Shown: positions 31,051-41,099, counted from the first letter of the stretch. The stretch is 64,000 nt of DNA from Planctomycetota bacterium (GCA_046290465.1 JBKAGP010000001.1:6176001-6240000), one strand, 5' to 3'. Translations and numbers: made by a program. Notes: generated from the sequence alone by a model not told the origin.

Positions 31051-31554
31051 TCAGCTCCACTCCGGCACGTCGGCCGTCGGTCCGTAGGTCGGCGGCACCG
31101 CTGCGTCGCACAGGCGGAGGTAGACCTGCAGCTGGCCGCGGTGCTGGATCCAGTGGTGGATCAGCACGTCGCGAACGACCTGCTCGCGCGGCGCCTGCTG
31201 CAGCACCTTGTCGCCCATGCGCGCCGTCCACGTCCGCCGCATCGCGTCGTCGTCGAGTCGTTCGAGCGAGCTGCGGCACGTCGCCAGGTTGGTCTCGAGC
31301 GTCGCGAACAGCTCGGCCTTGTCCTTCGGCACGAACGGCTGGTAGTCGGCCAGCTGCGCGAAGTCCATCTCGTCCTCGAGGAAGCCGTGCGCCCACATCG
31401 GCGCCTCGGCGAGGTGCCCGGCGAGTGCTGCCATCGTCCACGACTTGTCGTGCGGGCGGTAGTCGAAGCGGTCCTCGGGAACGGCCTGCAGCACCTTCAC
31501 CGTCAGGGCGGCTTCGCGGGTCAGGTCGGAGAGCAGCGATTGCGTGATCGTCAT
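31051..31554 (-). CDS. DinB/YfiT family protein
   Basis: YRPHDKSWT..LAGHL and HWIQHRGQLQVYLR...PPTYGPTAD. Confidence 0.9.
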   Translation of the reverse strand: MTITQSLLSDLTREAALTVKVLQAVPEDRFDYRPHDKSWTMAALAGHLAEAPMWAHGFLEDEMDFAQLADYQPFVPKDKAELFATLETNLATCRSSLERLDDDAMRRTWTARMGDKVLQQAPREQVVRDVLIHHWIQHRGQLQVYLRLCDAAVPPTYGPTADVPEWS

Positions 31555-31575
31555 GCGGCGCATGATGACGAGCCC

Positions 31576-31599
31576 CTGCTGACAGCGTGGTGGCAGCAG
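31576..31599. promoter_or_regulatory. Putative WYL-regulator operator upstream of DinB gene
   Basis: CTGCTGACA-N6-TGGCAGCAG inverted repeat (1 mismatch) 22 bp upstream of the start. Confidence 0.65.
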
Positions 31600-31684
31600 C
31601 ATCGCGGTTCGTCGAGCAGCCGCCCATGCGAGGAGCCCAGGCGGCAGCGCCAACGCTGCTTCCAAGCCAACCGCGGAAGCGCGC

Positions 31685-33583
31685 TCAGCGCTTGCCGATC
31701 GCGTCCGCCGGCAGCTCCAGCACCAGCTCTCGTGGTTGGTCCCGCTTCGTCTCGAACGTGCCGAGCAACCAGCTGCGCGTCGCCTTGGGATGGGTGTGCA
31801 GATGCACCTCGACGCGGCCCGGCGGCAGGCCGGCGCACGTGAACCGTCCCGCCTGGTCGAGGATCACGTCCTCGACGATCCGCTGCTGCGCCGCTTCGCC
31901 GCAGACCAGCCGTACCCGCGGGGCCGAGCGGCTGTGGTAGGCGTAGATCGATGGGCTGCGCTCGGAATCGTGCTTCGGATCGAGGCGGAGCAGCGCGTCG
32001 AGGGGCTGGATCGTGGCGGACAGGGTCGCGCCGCGTCGGGCCTCGAGCGTGATCGGCTGGTCGGCGGTCAGGTCGGCTGCGTGCATGGCGCGCAGCACGC
32101 CGCCGCCCGAAAGGCGCAGGCTGCACGGGCCGACCGTGCTCAGCCGCAGCGTCGCGTTGCCGTCGGCATCGGTGCGCGACGCCGCGACCAGCGGCGTCAC
32201 GCTGCGCACCGTGCCTTGGGGTGGGTGGGTCGCGGTGGCGGGCCGGAAGAACCCGAACGGCTCCGCCGCTACGCCCACCAGCACCTCGACGAGCACGCCG
32301 GCGACCGGCGCGCCGCCCGCGTCGGTGACCGTGACCGTGCGCAGCACCGGAGCTGGCAGGTCGAGCCGGATGGTCTCGTCGTTGCCGACCTCGAGCAGCT
32401 GCCAGCCGCTGGATCCCGCTCGCCGGTCGTGCGGCGCGACCAGCACGTGCCATTCGCCGGCCGCGAGCCGCGCGCTGGCGCGGCCGTCGGGAAAGCGGCC
32501 GGACAGGCGCACCGGTGGCCGACCGGCCTCACTGTCGCGAGGGTGGCAGTAGAGGTTGAAGCGTTCGATCGCCACGCCGCCCGGCCCACGCACGACGAAC
32601 GTGCGCAGCCCGGTGGTCGGGACCTTGAGCTCGTGGTCGCTGCTGCCCCAGGTCGCGTTGCCGGCCTGGTGCCAACCGTCGAAGCGCCGGTTGTGCGCGA
32701 CCCACAGCTCGGTCGGCTGGCCGTTGCCGTGGTCGTCGTCGGCCATCAGCGTGAACTGACCGTCGCGCCGGCTGTAGCAGCTCTCGCCGCGGCCGGCGCG
32801 CAGCCGCACGCCGCCGACCGGCGCGCCCTGTTCATCGACGACGCGGCCGGTGATCACGCGTTGCTTCGGGATCGCGCGCACGACGGCCGTGTAGGCGTCC
32901 GGGTCCGGCAGCTCGAGGCGACCGAGGTCCGTCGGCACGTCGCGTTCGGGCAGCTCGACCTTGTAGGTGCCCGCAGCGAGCGGCGAACGCAGGTGCAGGT
33001 AGCCGTCGATGTCGGTGCGCTGGTAGCCGTAGTTGCTCAGCCAAGAGTGCGGGCCGTCGATCGGCGTGCGGGTCTGCCGCGTGCTGTGGTCGGTCGCCAG
33101 TAGCCGGACCAGCACCCCGGGCTGCAGCTGGCCGCGCTGGTCCTCGACGCGCAGCCGCGGATAGTGTCCGGTCGGCAGCTCGATGTCGCCGTAGTCGATG
33201 CCGCCCCGCCGCTGCGCGACCACGAACGCGCAGTTGCTGAACCACGCGACGCGGCGCGGGTGCGTGACATTGAGGTGGTAGCGGCCGCGGTCGAGCTGTT
33301 CGTCGGCGGCCGGCAGCCTCAGGTCGAAACGGAAGCGGCCGTCTTCGCCGGTCTGGACCGGCTCGGGGTCGGCCCAGTCGGTCCGGCTCCACGCCATCGC
33401 GTAGCCGGTCGACTGGTGCGCGCTCAGCCGGACCTCGCAGCGGGCCAGCGGCTGGCCGCGCTCGTCGACCAGGCGGCCCTGGACGACGAGGCGGCCGGTC
33501 GCGATCGGCGTCTCGCGGGTCTGCTGCGCCAGGGCACAGGTCGTCGCGAGCAGGGCGAACATCACGGGCAGCAGGTTCCTCAT
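31685..33583 (-). CDS. Exported protein with repeated carboxypeptidase-regulatory-like (transthyretin-fold) domains
   Basis: Signal MRNLLPVMFALLATTCALAQ; repeated GRxVDExGxPxxGxxV...TDxDGxF modules. Confidence 0.75.
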   Translation of the reverse strand: MRNLLPVMFALLATTCALAQQTRETPIATGRLVVQGRLVDERGQPLARCEVRLSAHQSTGYAMAWSRTDWADPEPVQTGEDGRFRFDLRLPAADEQLDRGRYHLNVTHPRRVAWFSNCAFVVAQRRGGIDYGDIELPTGHYPRLRVEDQRGQLQPGVLVRLLATDHSTRQTRTPIDGPHSWLSNYGYQRTDIDGYLHLRSPLAAGTYKVELPERDVPTDLGRLELPDPDAYTAVVRAIPKQRVITGRVVDEQGAPVGGVRLRAGRGESCYSRRDGQFTLMADDDHGNGQPTELWVAHNRRFDGWHQAGNATWGSSDHELKVPTTGLRTFVVRGPGGVAIERFNLYCHPRDSEAGRPPVRLSGRFPDGRASARLAAGEWHVLVAPHDRRAGSSGWQLLEVGNDETIRLDLPAPVLRTVTVTDAGGAPVAGVLVEVLVGVAAEPFGFFRPATATHPPQGTVRSVTPLVAASRTDADGNATLRLSTVGPCSLRLSGGGVLRAMHAADLTADQPITLEARRGATLSATIQPLDALLRLDPKHDSERSPSIYAYHSRSAPRVRLVCGEAAQQRIVEDVILDQAGRFTCAGLPPGRVEVHLHTHPKATRSWLLGTFETKRDQPRELVLELPADAIGKR

Positions 33584-33600
33584 TCCGCCCGCAGCATAGC

Positions 33601-34260
33601 TCAGCGCTTGCGCTTGCGCTGCTCTTCGGCCCGCCGCGCCTTGCTCATCGCCCACGAACAGATCGGGCACCGCTCGGGGTCGTGCCGCAGCGCGGTGCAG
33701 TCGGTGCGGCCGAACCAGATGATCTGCAGGTGCAGGTCGTTCCAGCGCGCTTCGGGAAACGCCTTCTTGCAGTCGCGCTCGGTGCGTTCGACCGAGCTGC
33801 CGTTGCTGAGGCCCCAGCGCCAGGCGCAGCGGTGGATGTGGGTGTCGACCGGGAACATCGGCTGGCCGAACGCCTGCGCCATCACCACGCTGGCCGTCTT
33901 GTGGCCGACACCCGGCAGCTGCTCGAGTTCGGCGAGCGTCTGCGGCACCTCGCCGCCGTGCTGGTCGAGCAGGATGCGCGACAGGCCCGAGATCGCCTTG
34001 CTCTTCTGCGGCGACAGGCCGCACGGCCGGATGATCGCGCGGATCTCGTCGACCGGGACGTCGACCATCGCGTGCGGGGTGCGGGCCCGGGCGAACAGGC
34101 GCGGCGTCACCTCGTTGACCCGGACGTCGGTGCACTGGGCCGACAGCAGCACCGCGACCAGCAGCGTGTACGGGTCGTCGTGGTCGAGCGGGATCGGCGG
34201 GGACGGGAACCGCTCGTCGAGCAGCTCCATGATGGCGACCGCCTTGTCCGACCGTTTCAT
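33601..34260 (-). CDS. nth: Endonuclease III
   Basis: LLVAVLLSAQCTD, HhH LPGVGHKTA, PVDTHIHR. Confidence 0.95.
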   Translation of the reverse strand: MKRSDKAVAIMELLDERFPSPPIPLDHDDPYTLLVAVLLSAQCTDVRVNEVTPRLFARARTPHAMVDVPVDEIRAIIRPCGLSPQKSKAISGLSRILLDQHGGEVPQTLAELEQLPGVGHKTASVVMAQAFGQPMFPVDTHIHRCAWRWGLSNGSSVERTERDCKKAFPEARWNDLHLQIIWFGRTDCTALRHDPERCPICSWAMSKARRAEEQRKRKR

Positions 34261-34322
34261 GACTCCTCACGGATAGCGCGTACGGGTCCGGGATCCAACT
34301 GTGGTAGCGTGCTGCACGCCCG

Positions 34323-34991
34323 ATGAGTGATGCGCCGTTCCGTGAGTGGTTCGAGAAGCTGTGGACCGACCGAGAGGATCGCGTCTACCGGTCGTTGTTC
34401 GGAGACCTCGGCAAGGGGGTCTGCACCGCCGGCGAGGCGGTGTTCCAGCGGTTCGGCAAGCAGCCGCACCCGGGCTGGCTGAACCACGGCGTGTTCGCGT
34501 GCCCGCCGCACGAGGAGCGCGACAGCTGGATCTACGTCAGTTCGGGCCTGAGCAACCCGTGGAACCTCGAGACGCCGGGCAAGGATCCGAGCGGCTTCGC
34601 CGGGCTCGGTTTCGAGCTGGTCGTGGAGTCCGCGGCGGAGGCCGACTGGGCGGTGCCGCTGCTGCACAACCTGATGGCCTACGAACTGCTGGTCGCGGTC
34701 GGCACCTACGAGGGCGCCGAGCTGTTCGAATACGGCAACCGCATCCCGCTCAACGACTCGATCACGCCGACGTTCGAGTCGGCGATCCGCTGGTTGCTGG
34801 TCGAGCAGCCCAAGCACTACCCGTCGTCGTTCGAGCTGTCGGCCGGCCGCGTCGACTTCTTCCACCTGGTCGGGGCGAGCGACGCCGAGGTCGAGTTCGC
34901 GCGCAAGAACAGCCAGGACAACCTGGTGCAGCTGCTCAAGGACAAGGGCGTGCACCCGTTGACCGACGCGGCCCGCGAGAGCGTGCTGTAG
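34323..34991 (+). CDS. Suppressor-of-fused (SUFU)-like domain protein
   Basis: WIYVSSGLSN, GLGFEL, FFHLVGASDAEVEFA pattern. Confidence 0.8.
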   Translation: MSDAPFREWFEKLWTDREDRVYRSLFGDLGKGVCTAGEAVFQRFGKQPHPGWLNHGVFACPPHEERDSWIYVSSGLSNPWNLETPGKDPSGFAGLGFELVVESAAEADWAVPLLHNLMAYELLVAVGTYEGAELFEYGNRIPLNDSITPTFESAIRWLLVEQPKHYPSSFELSAGRVDFFHLVGASDAEVEFARKNSQDNLVQLLKDKGVHPLTDAARESVL

Positions 34992-35007
34992 ACCGTCCGG
35001 CCACGCC

Positions 35008-35199
35008 ATGTTCCGCGATCGCCCGCGCCGCTACGAGAAGCCGCCGTCGACGCCGTGCGTCAAGGTGTGCAAGTTCACCGCCGGGGGCGACTACTGCCTC
35101 GGCTGCCGGCGCACGCGCGACGAAATCGCCAGGTGGTGGGACCTGTCCGAAGAAGAGCGCCAGCGGCTGCTGCGCGAGCTGCAGGAACGGCGCCGCTAG
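35008..35199 (+). CDS. DUF1289-family small Cys-rich protein
   Basis: TPCVKVC...YCLGCRRTRDEIARW. Confidence 0.85.
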   Translation: MFRDRPRRYEKPPSTPCVKVCKFTAGGDYCLGCRRTRDEIARWWDLSEEERQRLLRELQERRR

Positions 35200-35531
35200 G
35201 AGCGCGTCCATGTAGTGGACGCGCTGCCGACCGTGATCGCGGAAGCGGCGTGTACGCATACGGACGGGGCTTTGCCCGCTGGCGCCCGGCCGCGGGGTCA
35301 TGCGTCGCGGGGGCGTTCGTCGCGGCGCGCTTGTGTCGTCGTCGTATCCACCCGCCGTGCGGCGATCGCCGATGAGCCAAAAACCCGCCCGCATCGGTAA
35401 CCGGGTCGCGGTCCGTTCCTAGGCTCCCGTGAGTCGCGGGATTCGGCCTCGCTCCCGGAGCGCTCTCCCAAGGGGCCGGAAGAACCACCACATCGCCCGC
35501 GGCGACCCCTCTCACCCCAAGGAGAGTCTGC

Positions 35532-38500
35532 GTGGGCTGTGTTCCTCTGGCCTCGTTGCCTGCCGTGCGCCCTCTGTGCGCGTCCCTCGTCCTCGCCACC
35601 TCGATCGCCGCGCAATCGCTCGGCGATTGGCGGTCGGTGCCATCCCGCACGGTGCCGCCAGCGCGCACCGGCTTCGCGCTCGCCGAACTGCCCGGCGGCG
35701 ACCTGCTGCTGTTCGGCGGCGACGCCGCCAACCCGCAGGCCACCGAATGGCGGTGGAACGGCTTTGACTGGAGCGCGGAGACCACCCCGGTGCCGCGCCG
35801 CGACCAGCCGGCGATGGCCAGCCTGCCGACCTCGCTGATGGTGTTCGGCGGCGTCGCCAACGGCACCGTGCTGTCCGATACCTGGCTGCGCAGCCCGAAC
35901 GGCGTGTGGACCCAGGTGAGCTCCCAGGTCGGCGCGCTGACCGACGTCTCGATCGCCGGCGACGTCGCCGGGCAGCGCTACGTGCTGGTCGGCAAGGACT
36001 TCGCCGGTGACTACCAGACCTGGTTCTACGAACTGACCTGGACGCAGGGGCCGACGGTGCAGACCTTCGGGGCGCGCGTCGTCGCCGACGACCTGCGTCG
36101 GCGGGTGCTGCTGATCACCGACGACTTCGCGTCGACCGGCGTGTCGGTGCTCGACGGCACCAGCTGGTCGAGCTACGCGCAGGCGCCGTCGTCGGTCGCG
36201 CTCGGTGACGTGGCGTTCGACCGGCGTCGCGGCCACGCGGTGCTGCTGCAGCCGTTCGACGACCTGCAGGTGGTCGAATGGGACGGGCTGGCGCTGCAGT
36301 CGTCCGGCACTCCGACCGGCGGCATCCTGTCGGCCAACGCGACCGCGATGAGCTACCACCAGCGCCGCGACGAGGTCGTGCTGGTCGCCAACCGCGGCAA
36401 CGGCATGGAGACGCTGCGGCACGCGGTCGACTCCGAGCCGGCGGCGCTGGCGTTCGGCACGCCCTGCGGCCGCAGCCTCGAGCTGTCGCCGGGCTCGATC
36501 CCGTTGCCGGGTGCCACCCACGCGCTGCAGAGCGCGACGCCGGTGGGCGATCTGAGCTTCGGCGTGATCGGCTTCTCGCGCACGACCAGCAGCGGCCAGC
36601 CGCTGCCGCAGCCGCTGCCCGGCGGTTGCCTGCTCGAGGTCGAGCCGGCGATCGCGACGTTCCTCGGCAGCAGCGCCGATCCCAAGCTGTTCGTCTCGCT
36701 GCCGTCGAGCGCGCAGCTGCTCGGCGAACGCTACGTCTCGCAGTTCGTGTTCCTGGTGTCGGGCGGCGGCATCGCCTCGTCGAACGGCCTCGAGGTGCAG
36801 ATCGGCTCGCCGCAGTTCGAGTTCGAGCTCCGCGAGACCTTCGTCGACGACAGCAACCGCGACCCGATCGCGTCGGGGGACGTGTGGGGCAACGGCTCCG
36901 CCGTGCCGGCGCAGATCGGCGGCGACGGCGCCTTCGGCTCGTTCGACCTGTCGCTGGCCACGCAGGTGGCGGCCAACGTCTACGAACTGGACACCGACAT
37001 GACCGTGATCCCGGCCGATCGCACGCTGAGCGGTCTGCCCGCGCAGGTCACCGACGGCCGCTTCTACTTCACCGACTTCGTCGTGCCGGCCGGCGTCACG
37101 CTGCGCTTCGTCGGCACGTCGCCGGCGCGCCTGTTCGTGCGCGGCGTGGTCGACGTGCAGGGCACGGTCTCGGTCGACGCTCCCGACATGCCGTCGACGA
37201 TCCAGACCGCCGGGCCGGCGCTCGGCCTGCCGGTCAGCACGTTCAACGCGCGGATCGGCGGCGTCGGCTCGCCCGGCCAGCCGGGCGGAGCCGGTGGCCC
37301 CGGCGGCGGCCGCGGCGGCAACGGCGGCGTCGAGTGCGGCAACCTCGGCCCGATCCTCAGCAACGGCGTCGACGTGACCAGCGGCCAGGACGGCATCGAC
37401 GTGCAGGTCGGCGCCGGGCACGCCTACGAAGGCAGCGTCGGTGGGACCGGCGGCGCCGGCAGTCCGCTGATGCCGGCGACCGGCTCGTGGGCCGGCCCGC
37501 CGTTCCCGACGCTGAGCTTCGTCTACAGCCCGTACCACAGCCGCGGCGGCAACGGCGGCGGCTTCCGCCAGCCGGGTGGCGTCTCGCAGCAGCCGCAGCA
37601 TGCCAACCCGAACAACACGATCCTGTTCGATCCGGCGCCGGCGGCGAGTCCTTCGTTCCCGCTGTTCCCGCTGCCGGGCGGCACGTCGTCGCTCGAGCAC
37701 TTCGCGGTCGGCGGCTCCGGCGGCGGCGGTGGCGGCAGCCACGGCTACGGCCTGCTGGCGATCGGCTCTGCGCTCGAACGCTGGATGTCGGGCCACGGCG
37801 GTGCCGGTGGCGGCGGCGTGCTGGTCCTCCGCGCCGGCAGCGTCGCCACCGTTGCGGGTGCGCTGAGTTCGCGCGGCGGCAGCGGTCCGGTCATCGCCGG
37901 CGACGATCCGAACACCACCAGCACGACCGACATCTACGGCATCTCGTCACCGGGTGGCGGCGGCTCGGGTGGCTCCGTGCTGCTGCAGGCGCGGGTCGCG
38001 TCGGTGTCGGGTTCGGTCGACGTGCGCGGCGGCGCCGGTGGCGTCAACGACTACATGGCCAACTCCCTGCAGCGGATGACCGGTGGCGGCGGCGACGGCG
38101 CGCCGGGCTTCCTGCGCATCGAGACGCAGGGCGGCCTGACGTTCAGTGGCAGCTACAGCTCGCCGTTCGTCAACGGCGAGAACTCCGGCACGCTGCAGGA
38201 CGTCGACGCCCGCACCGGGTCGCGGTCGCGCTGGATGACGCCGTCGAGCACCGGTCTGCCGGTGTGGCTGCGCTACGAACTGCTGGTGCAGATCAACGGC
38301 CTGCCGGTGCTGTTCAGCGACGATCCGGAGGTGTCGCCGGTCGCGGCGACCGGCGCCAACTCGGCGGCGACGCTGCTGGTGCAGGGCGCGCGCCTCGACG
38401 CGCTCGGCCAGCCGCTCGCCGGCACGATCGGCCCGTGGCGGGGGCGCGTCGGCGGCCCTGGCTCGCTCAACACCGACTTCGCCCAGGCCGTGCGCTTCGA

Positions 38501-38564
38501 CGTGGTGCTCGACAAGTCGCTCGGCGCCGAGCGGGTGCTCGACCTGCGCATCGTCTGGCGCTGA
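35532..38564 (+). CDS. Large exported protein: Kelch-like propeller, beta-sandwich and Gly-rich repeat region
   Basis: AAGGAG RBS then GTG; LLLFGG...TEWRWNG, MVFGG...SDTW Kelch-like motifs; many GGGGG turns. Confidence 0.75.
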   Translation: MGCVPLASLPAVRPLCASLVLATSIAAQSLGDWRSVPSRTVPPARTGFALAELPGGDLLLFGGDAANPQATEWRWNGFDWSAETTPVPRRDQPAMASLPTSLMVFGGVANGTVLSDTWLRSPNGVWTQVSSQVGALTDVSIAGDVAGQRYVLVGKDFAGDYQTWFYELTWTQGPTVQTFGARVVADDLRRRVLLITDDFASTGVSVLDGTSWSSYAQAPSSVALGDVAFDRRRGHAVLLQPFDDLQVVEWDGLALQSSGTPTGGILSANATAMSYHQRRDEVVLVANRGNGMETLRHAVDSEPAALAFGTPCGRSLELSPGSIPLPGATHALQSATPVGDLSFGVIGFSRTTSSGQPLPQPLPGGCLLEVEPAIATFLGSSADPKLFVSLPSSAQLLGERYVSQFVFLVSGGGIASSNGLEVQIGSPQFEFELRETFVDDSNRDPIASGDVWGNGSAVPAQIGGDGAFGSFDLSLATQVAANVYELDTDMTVIPADRTLSGLPAQVTDGRFYFTDFVVPAGVTLRFVGTSPARLFVRGVVDVQGTVSVDAPDMPSTIQTAGPALGLPVSTFNARIGGVGSPGQPGGAGGPGGGRGGNGGVECGNLGPILSNGVDVTSGQDGIDVQVGAGHAYEGSVGGTGGAGSPLMPATGSWAGPPFPTLSFVYSPYHSRGGNGGGFRQPGGVSQQPQHANPNNTILFDPAPAASPSFPLFPLPGGTSSLEHFAVGGSGGGGGGSHGYGLLAIGSALERWMSGHGGAGGGGVLVLRAGSVATVAGALSSRGGSGPVIAGDDPNTTSTTDIYGISSPGGGGSGGSVLLQARVASVSGSVDVRGGAGGVNDYMANSLQRMTGGGGDGAPGFLRIETQGGLTFSGSYSSPFVNGENSGTLQDVDARTGSRSRWMTPSSTGLPVWLRYELLVQINGLPVLFSDDPEVSPVAATGANSAATLLVQGARLDALGQPLAGTIGPWRGRVGGPGSLNTDFAQAVRFDVVLDKSLGAERVLDLRIVWR

Positions 38565-38652
38565 TCGTCCGGGGCGGGATCCCGTGTGCCCGTTCGGGCA
38601 CACGGTACCTGGACCGGGCCCGGCGCGACCGGCACGATGGTCGCGCCGAACC

Positions 38653-39612
38653 ATGCCCGATCCGACCGACGACCCAGCCCCGCTGAACATCCGCCCGCTG
38701 CAAGAGCGCAGGAACCTCGTGCAGAAGGAGGACTTCGCCAAGGTCCTCCCGCCGGTCGACGGCTTCCTGCAGTGGTTCGATGCGCTGCCGGACATCTACG
38801 GCAGCAAGTCGCTCAAGCACGTCGTGTCCGAGGTGGTCACGGCGCGCGAGAACGGCAAGGAGGTCGGCGTGCAGCTCGGCGCGCACGTGCTCAAGGTCGG
38901 GCTGTCGCCGCTGGTCATCGACCTGATGCGTCGCGGCCTGATCACCCACGTCGCGACCAACGGCGCGTCGGCGATCCACGACTGGGAGACCGCCTACCAG
39001 GGTGCGACCAGCGAGGACGTCGGCGAGAACCTGCCCAACGGTTCGTTCGGGTTCTGGCGCGAGACGCTCGACGCGCTCAACGGTGCCGCGAAGCGCGCGC
39101 ACGACGAGGGCATCGGCTTCGGCGCCGCGGTCGGCAGGACGATCCTCGAACAGGACCTGCCATACCGCCATCTGTCGGTGTTCTCCGAGGCCGAACGGCT
39201 CGGCATCCCGGCCACCGTGCACGTCGCGTTCGGCTGCGACATCACGCACATGGATCCGGACCTCGACGGCGCGGCGCTCGGCGCGGCGACGCAGAAGGAC
39301 TTCTGGACGTTCGCCGACACGGTCGGTCGCCTGGAGCAGGGCGTCTGGCTCAACGTCGGCTCGGCCGTGATCATGCCCGAGGTGTTCTTGAAGGCGGTGT
39401 CGATCGCGCGCAACCGAGGCCAGCTGACCGACGACTTCCTGACCTGCAACTTCGACATGCTGCAGCAGTACCGCGCCGTCACCAACGTCGTGCAGCGGCC
39501 GCCCAGGCAGGGCCGTTCGATCCTGGCGATGCACGAGATCGTGCTGCCGCTGCTGCACCAGGCGCTGATCTGCACCGCGGCCAGGCGCGGCTGCCTGAAG
39601 GAGCCGCGCTGA
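38653..39612 (+). CDS. Deoxyhypusine-synthase-like (DHS-fold) protein
   Basis: LGAHVLKVGLSP, ATNGASAIHD, TSEDV, NVGSAVIMPEVFLKA, HEIVLPLL. Confidence 0.7.
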   Translation: MPDPTDDPAPLNIRPLQERRNLVQKEDFAKVLPPVDGFLQWFDALPDIYGSKSLKHVVSEVVTARENGKEVGVQLGAHVLKVGLSPLVIDLMRRGLITHVATNGASAIHDWETAYQGATSEDVGENLPNGSFGFWRETLDALNGAAKRAHDEGIGFGAAVGRTILEQDLPYRHLSVFSEAERLGIPATVHVAFGCDITHMDPDLDGAALGAATQKDFWTFADTVGRLEQGVWLNVGSAVIMPEVFLKAVSIARNRGQLTDDFLTCNFDMLQQYRAVTNVVQRPPRQGRSILAMHEIVLPLLHQALICTAARRGCLKEPR

Positions 39613-41099
39613 TGACGCCGTCCCTCGACAGCGAGAACCGCCGCCTCGCCGATGTGCTCAGCGGTCTGCCCGACACCCGCGTGCTGGTGGTCGGCGACCT
39701 GATCCTCGACCGCTACGCCGACGGCGACGCCAAGCGCGTGTCGCCCGAGGCGCCGGTGCTGGTGTTCGACTTCGAACGTGACCGCTACCTGCTCGGCGGT
39801 GCCTGCAACGTCGCCGCCAACCTGAGCGTGCTCGGCGCGTCGGCGTCGGTGCTCGGCGTGATCGGCGACGACGAGCCCGGCGAACGGCTGCGCGCGCTCC
39901 TGCAGGACGCCGACATCGACACCCAGGCGCTGGTCGTCGACACCACCCGGCCGACCACGCGCAAGACCCGCTACGTCGCCAAGACGCTGCAGGTGCTGCG
40001 CGTCGACCACGAATCGCGCGCGCCGGTCGGCGGCGACGCCGAACGGCGCATGCTCGACCTGCTGCGGCAGCGGCCGTTCCCGTGGAAGAGCGTGCTGCTC
40101 AGCGACTACGGCAAGGGCGTGTTGACGCGCACGGTGATCGAGGCGGCGGTCGAGGCGGCCAGGAGCGTCGGCGGCGTCACCGTCGTCGATCCGAAGGGCA
40201 AGGACTACTCGATCTACCGCGGCGTCGACCTGCTGACGCCCAACCGCGCCGAGGCCGAGGCCGCGACCGGCATACAGATCGAGAGCACGGCCGACATGCA
40301 CCGCGCGGCGCAGCGGCTGCGCGAATTGACCGGCATCCGCACCGCGGTGATCACGCTCGGCAAGGACGGCATCTTCTTCGAGACCGAGGACGGCTCGCAC
40401 AAGATCATCCCGACCGAGGCGCGCCAGGTGTTCGACGTCACCGGTGCCGGCGACACGGTCGTGTCGGTGCTGACCTACTGCCGCGCGGCGGGCGTATCGC
40501 TCGAGGATTCGCTGCGGCTGGCCAACCACGCCGCCGGCATCACCGTCGCCAAGCTCGGCACCTGGGCGCCGTCGCGCCGCGAGGTGCTGACGCGGCTCGG
40601 GGACTCGTCACCGACCAGCACCGGCAAGGTGCTGAGCCACGAGCAGGCGATCGAGGTCGGCTCGCGCATGCGCGCCGAGGGCCGCCGGCTGGTGTTCACC
40701 AACGGCTGCTTCGACATCCTGCACGCCGGCCACTGCGAATACCTGCAGAAGAGCCGCAGCTACGGCGACGCACTGATGGTCGCGGTCAACACCGACGAGT
40801 CGGTGCAGCGCCAGCAGAAGGGCAAGGGCCGCCCGTTCAACGCGCTCGAGGACCGCATGGCGGTGCTGTCGGCGCTCGAGGCGGTCGACTACGTGGTGCC
40901 GTTCGGCGACGACACGCCCAAGGCGGTGATCGAGGCGATCACGCCGCACGTGCTGGCCAAGGGCGAGGACTGGCGCGACAAGGGCGTGGTCGGGCGCGAG
41001 TGGGTCGAGGACCACGGCGGGCAGGTGGTGCTGGTGCCGCTGGTGGCGGGGCGTTCGACGACGAACGTGGTGAAGCGGATCCTCGAGAGCGGCGAGTAG
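39612..41099 (+). CDS. hldE: Bifunctional heptose-7-phosphate kinase / heptose-1-phosphate adenylyltransferase
   Basis: GDLILDRY, SPEAPV, SDYGKG, DVTGAGDT; second domain FTNGCFDILHAGH, STTNVVKRI. Confidence 0.95.
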   Translation: MTPSLDSENRRLADVLSGLPDTRVLVVGDLILDRYADGDAKRVSPEAPVLVFDFERDRYLLGGACNVAANLSVLGASASVLGVIGDDEPGERLRALLQDADIDTQALVVDTTRPTTRKTRYVAKTLQVLRVDHESRAPVGGDAERRMLDLLRQRPFPWKSVLLSDYGKGVLTRTVIEAAVEAARSVGGVTVVDPKGKDYSIYRGVDLLTPNRAEAEAATGIQIESTADMHRAAQRLRELTGIRTAVITLGKDGIFFETEDGSHKIIPTEARQVFDVTGAGDTVVSVLTYCRAAGVSLEDSLRLANHAAGITVAKLGTWAPSRREVLTRLGDSSPTSTGKVLSHEQAIEVGSRMRAEGRRLVFTNGCFDILHAGHCEYLQKSRSYGDALMVAVNTDESVQRQQKGKGRPFNALEDRMAVLSALEAVDYVVPFGDDTPKAVIEAITPHVLAKGEDWRDKGVVGREWVEDHGGQVVLVPLVAGRSTTNVVKRILESGE

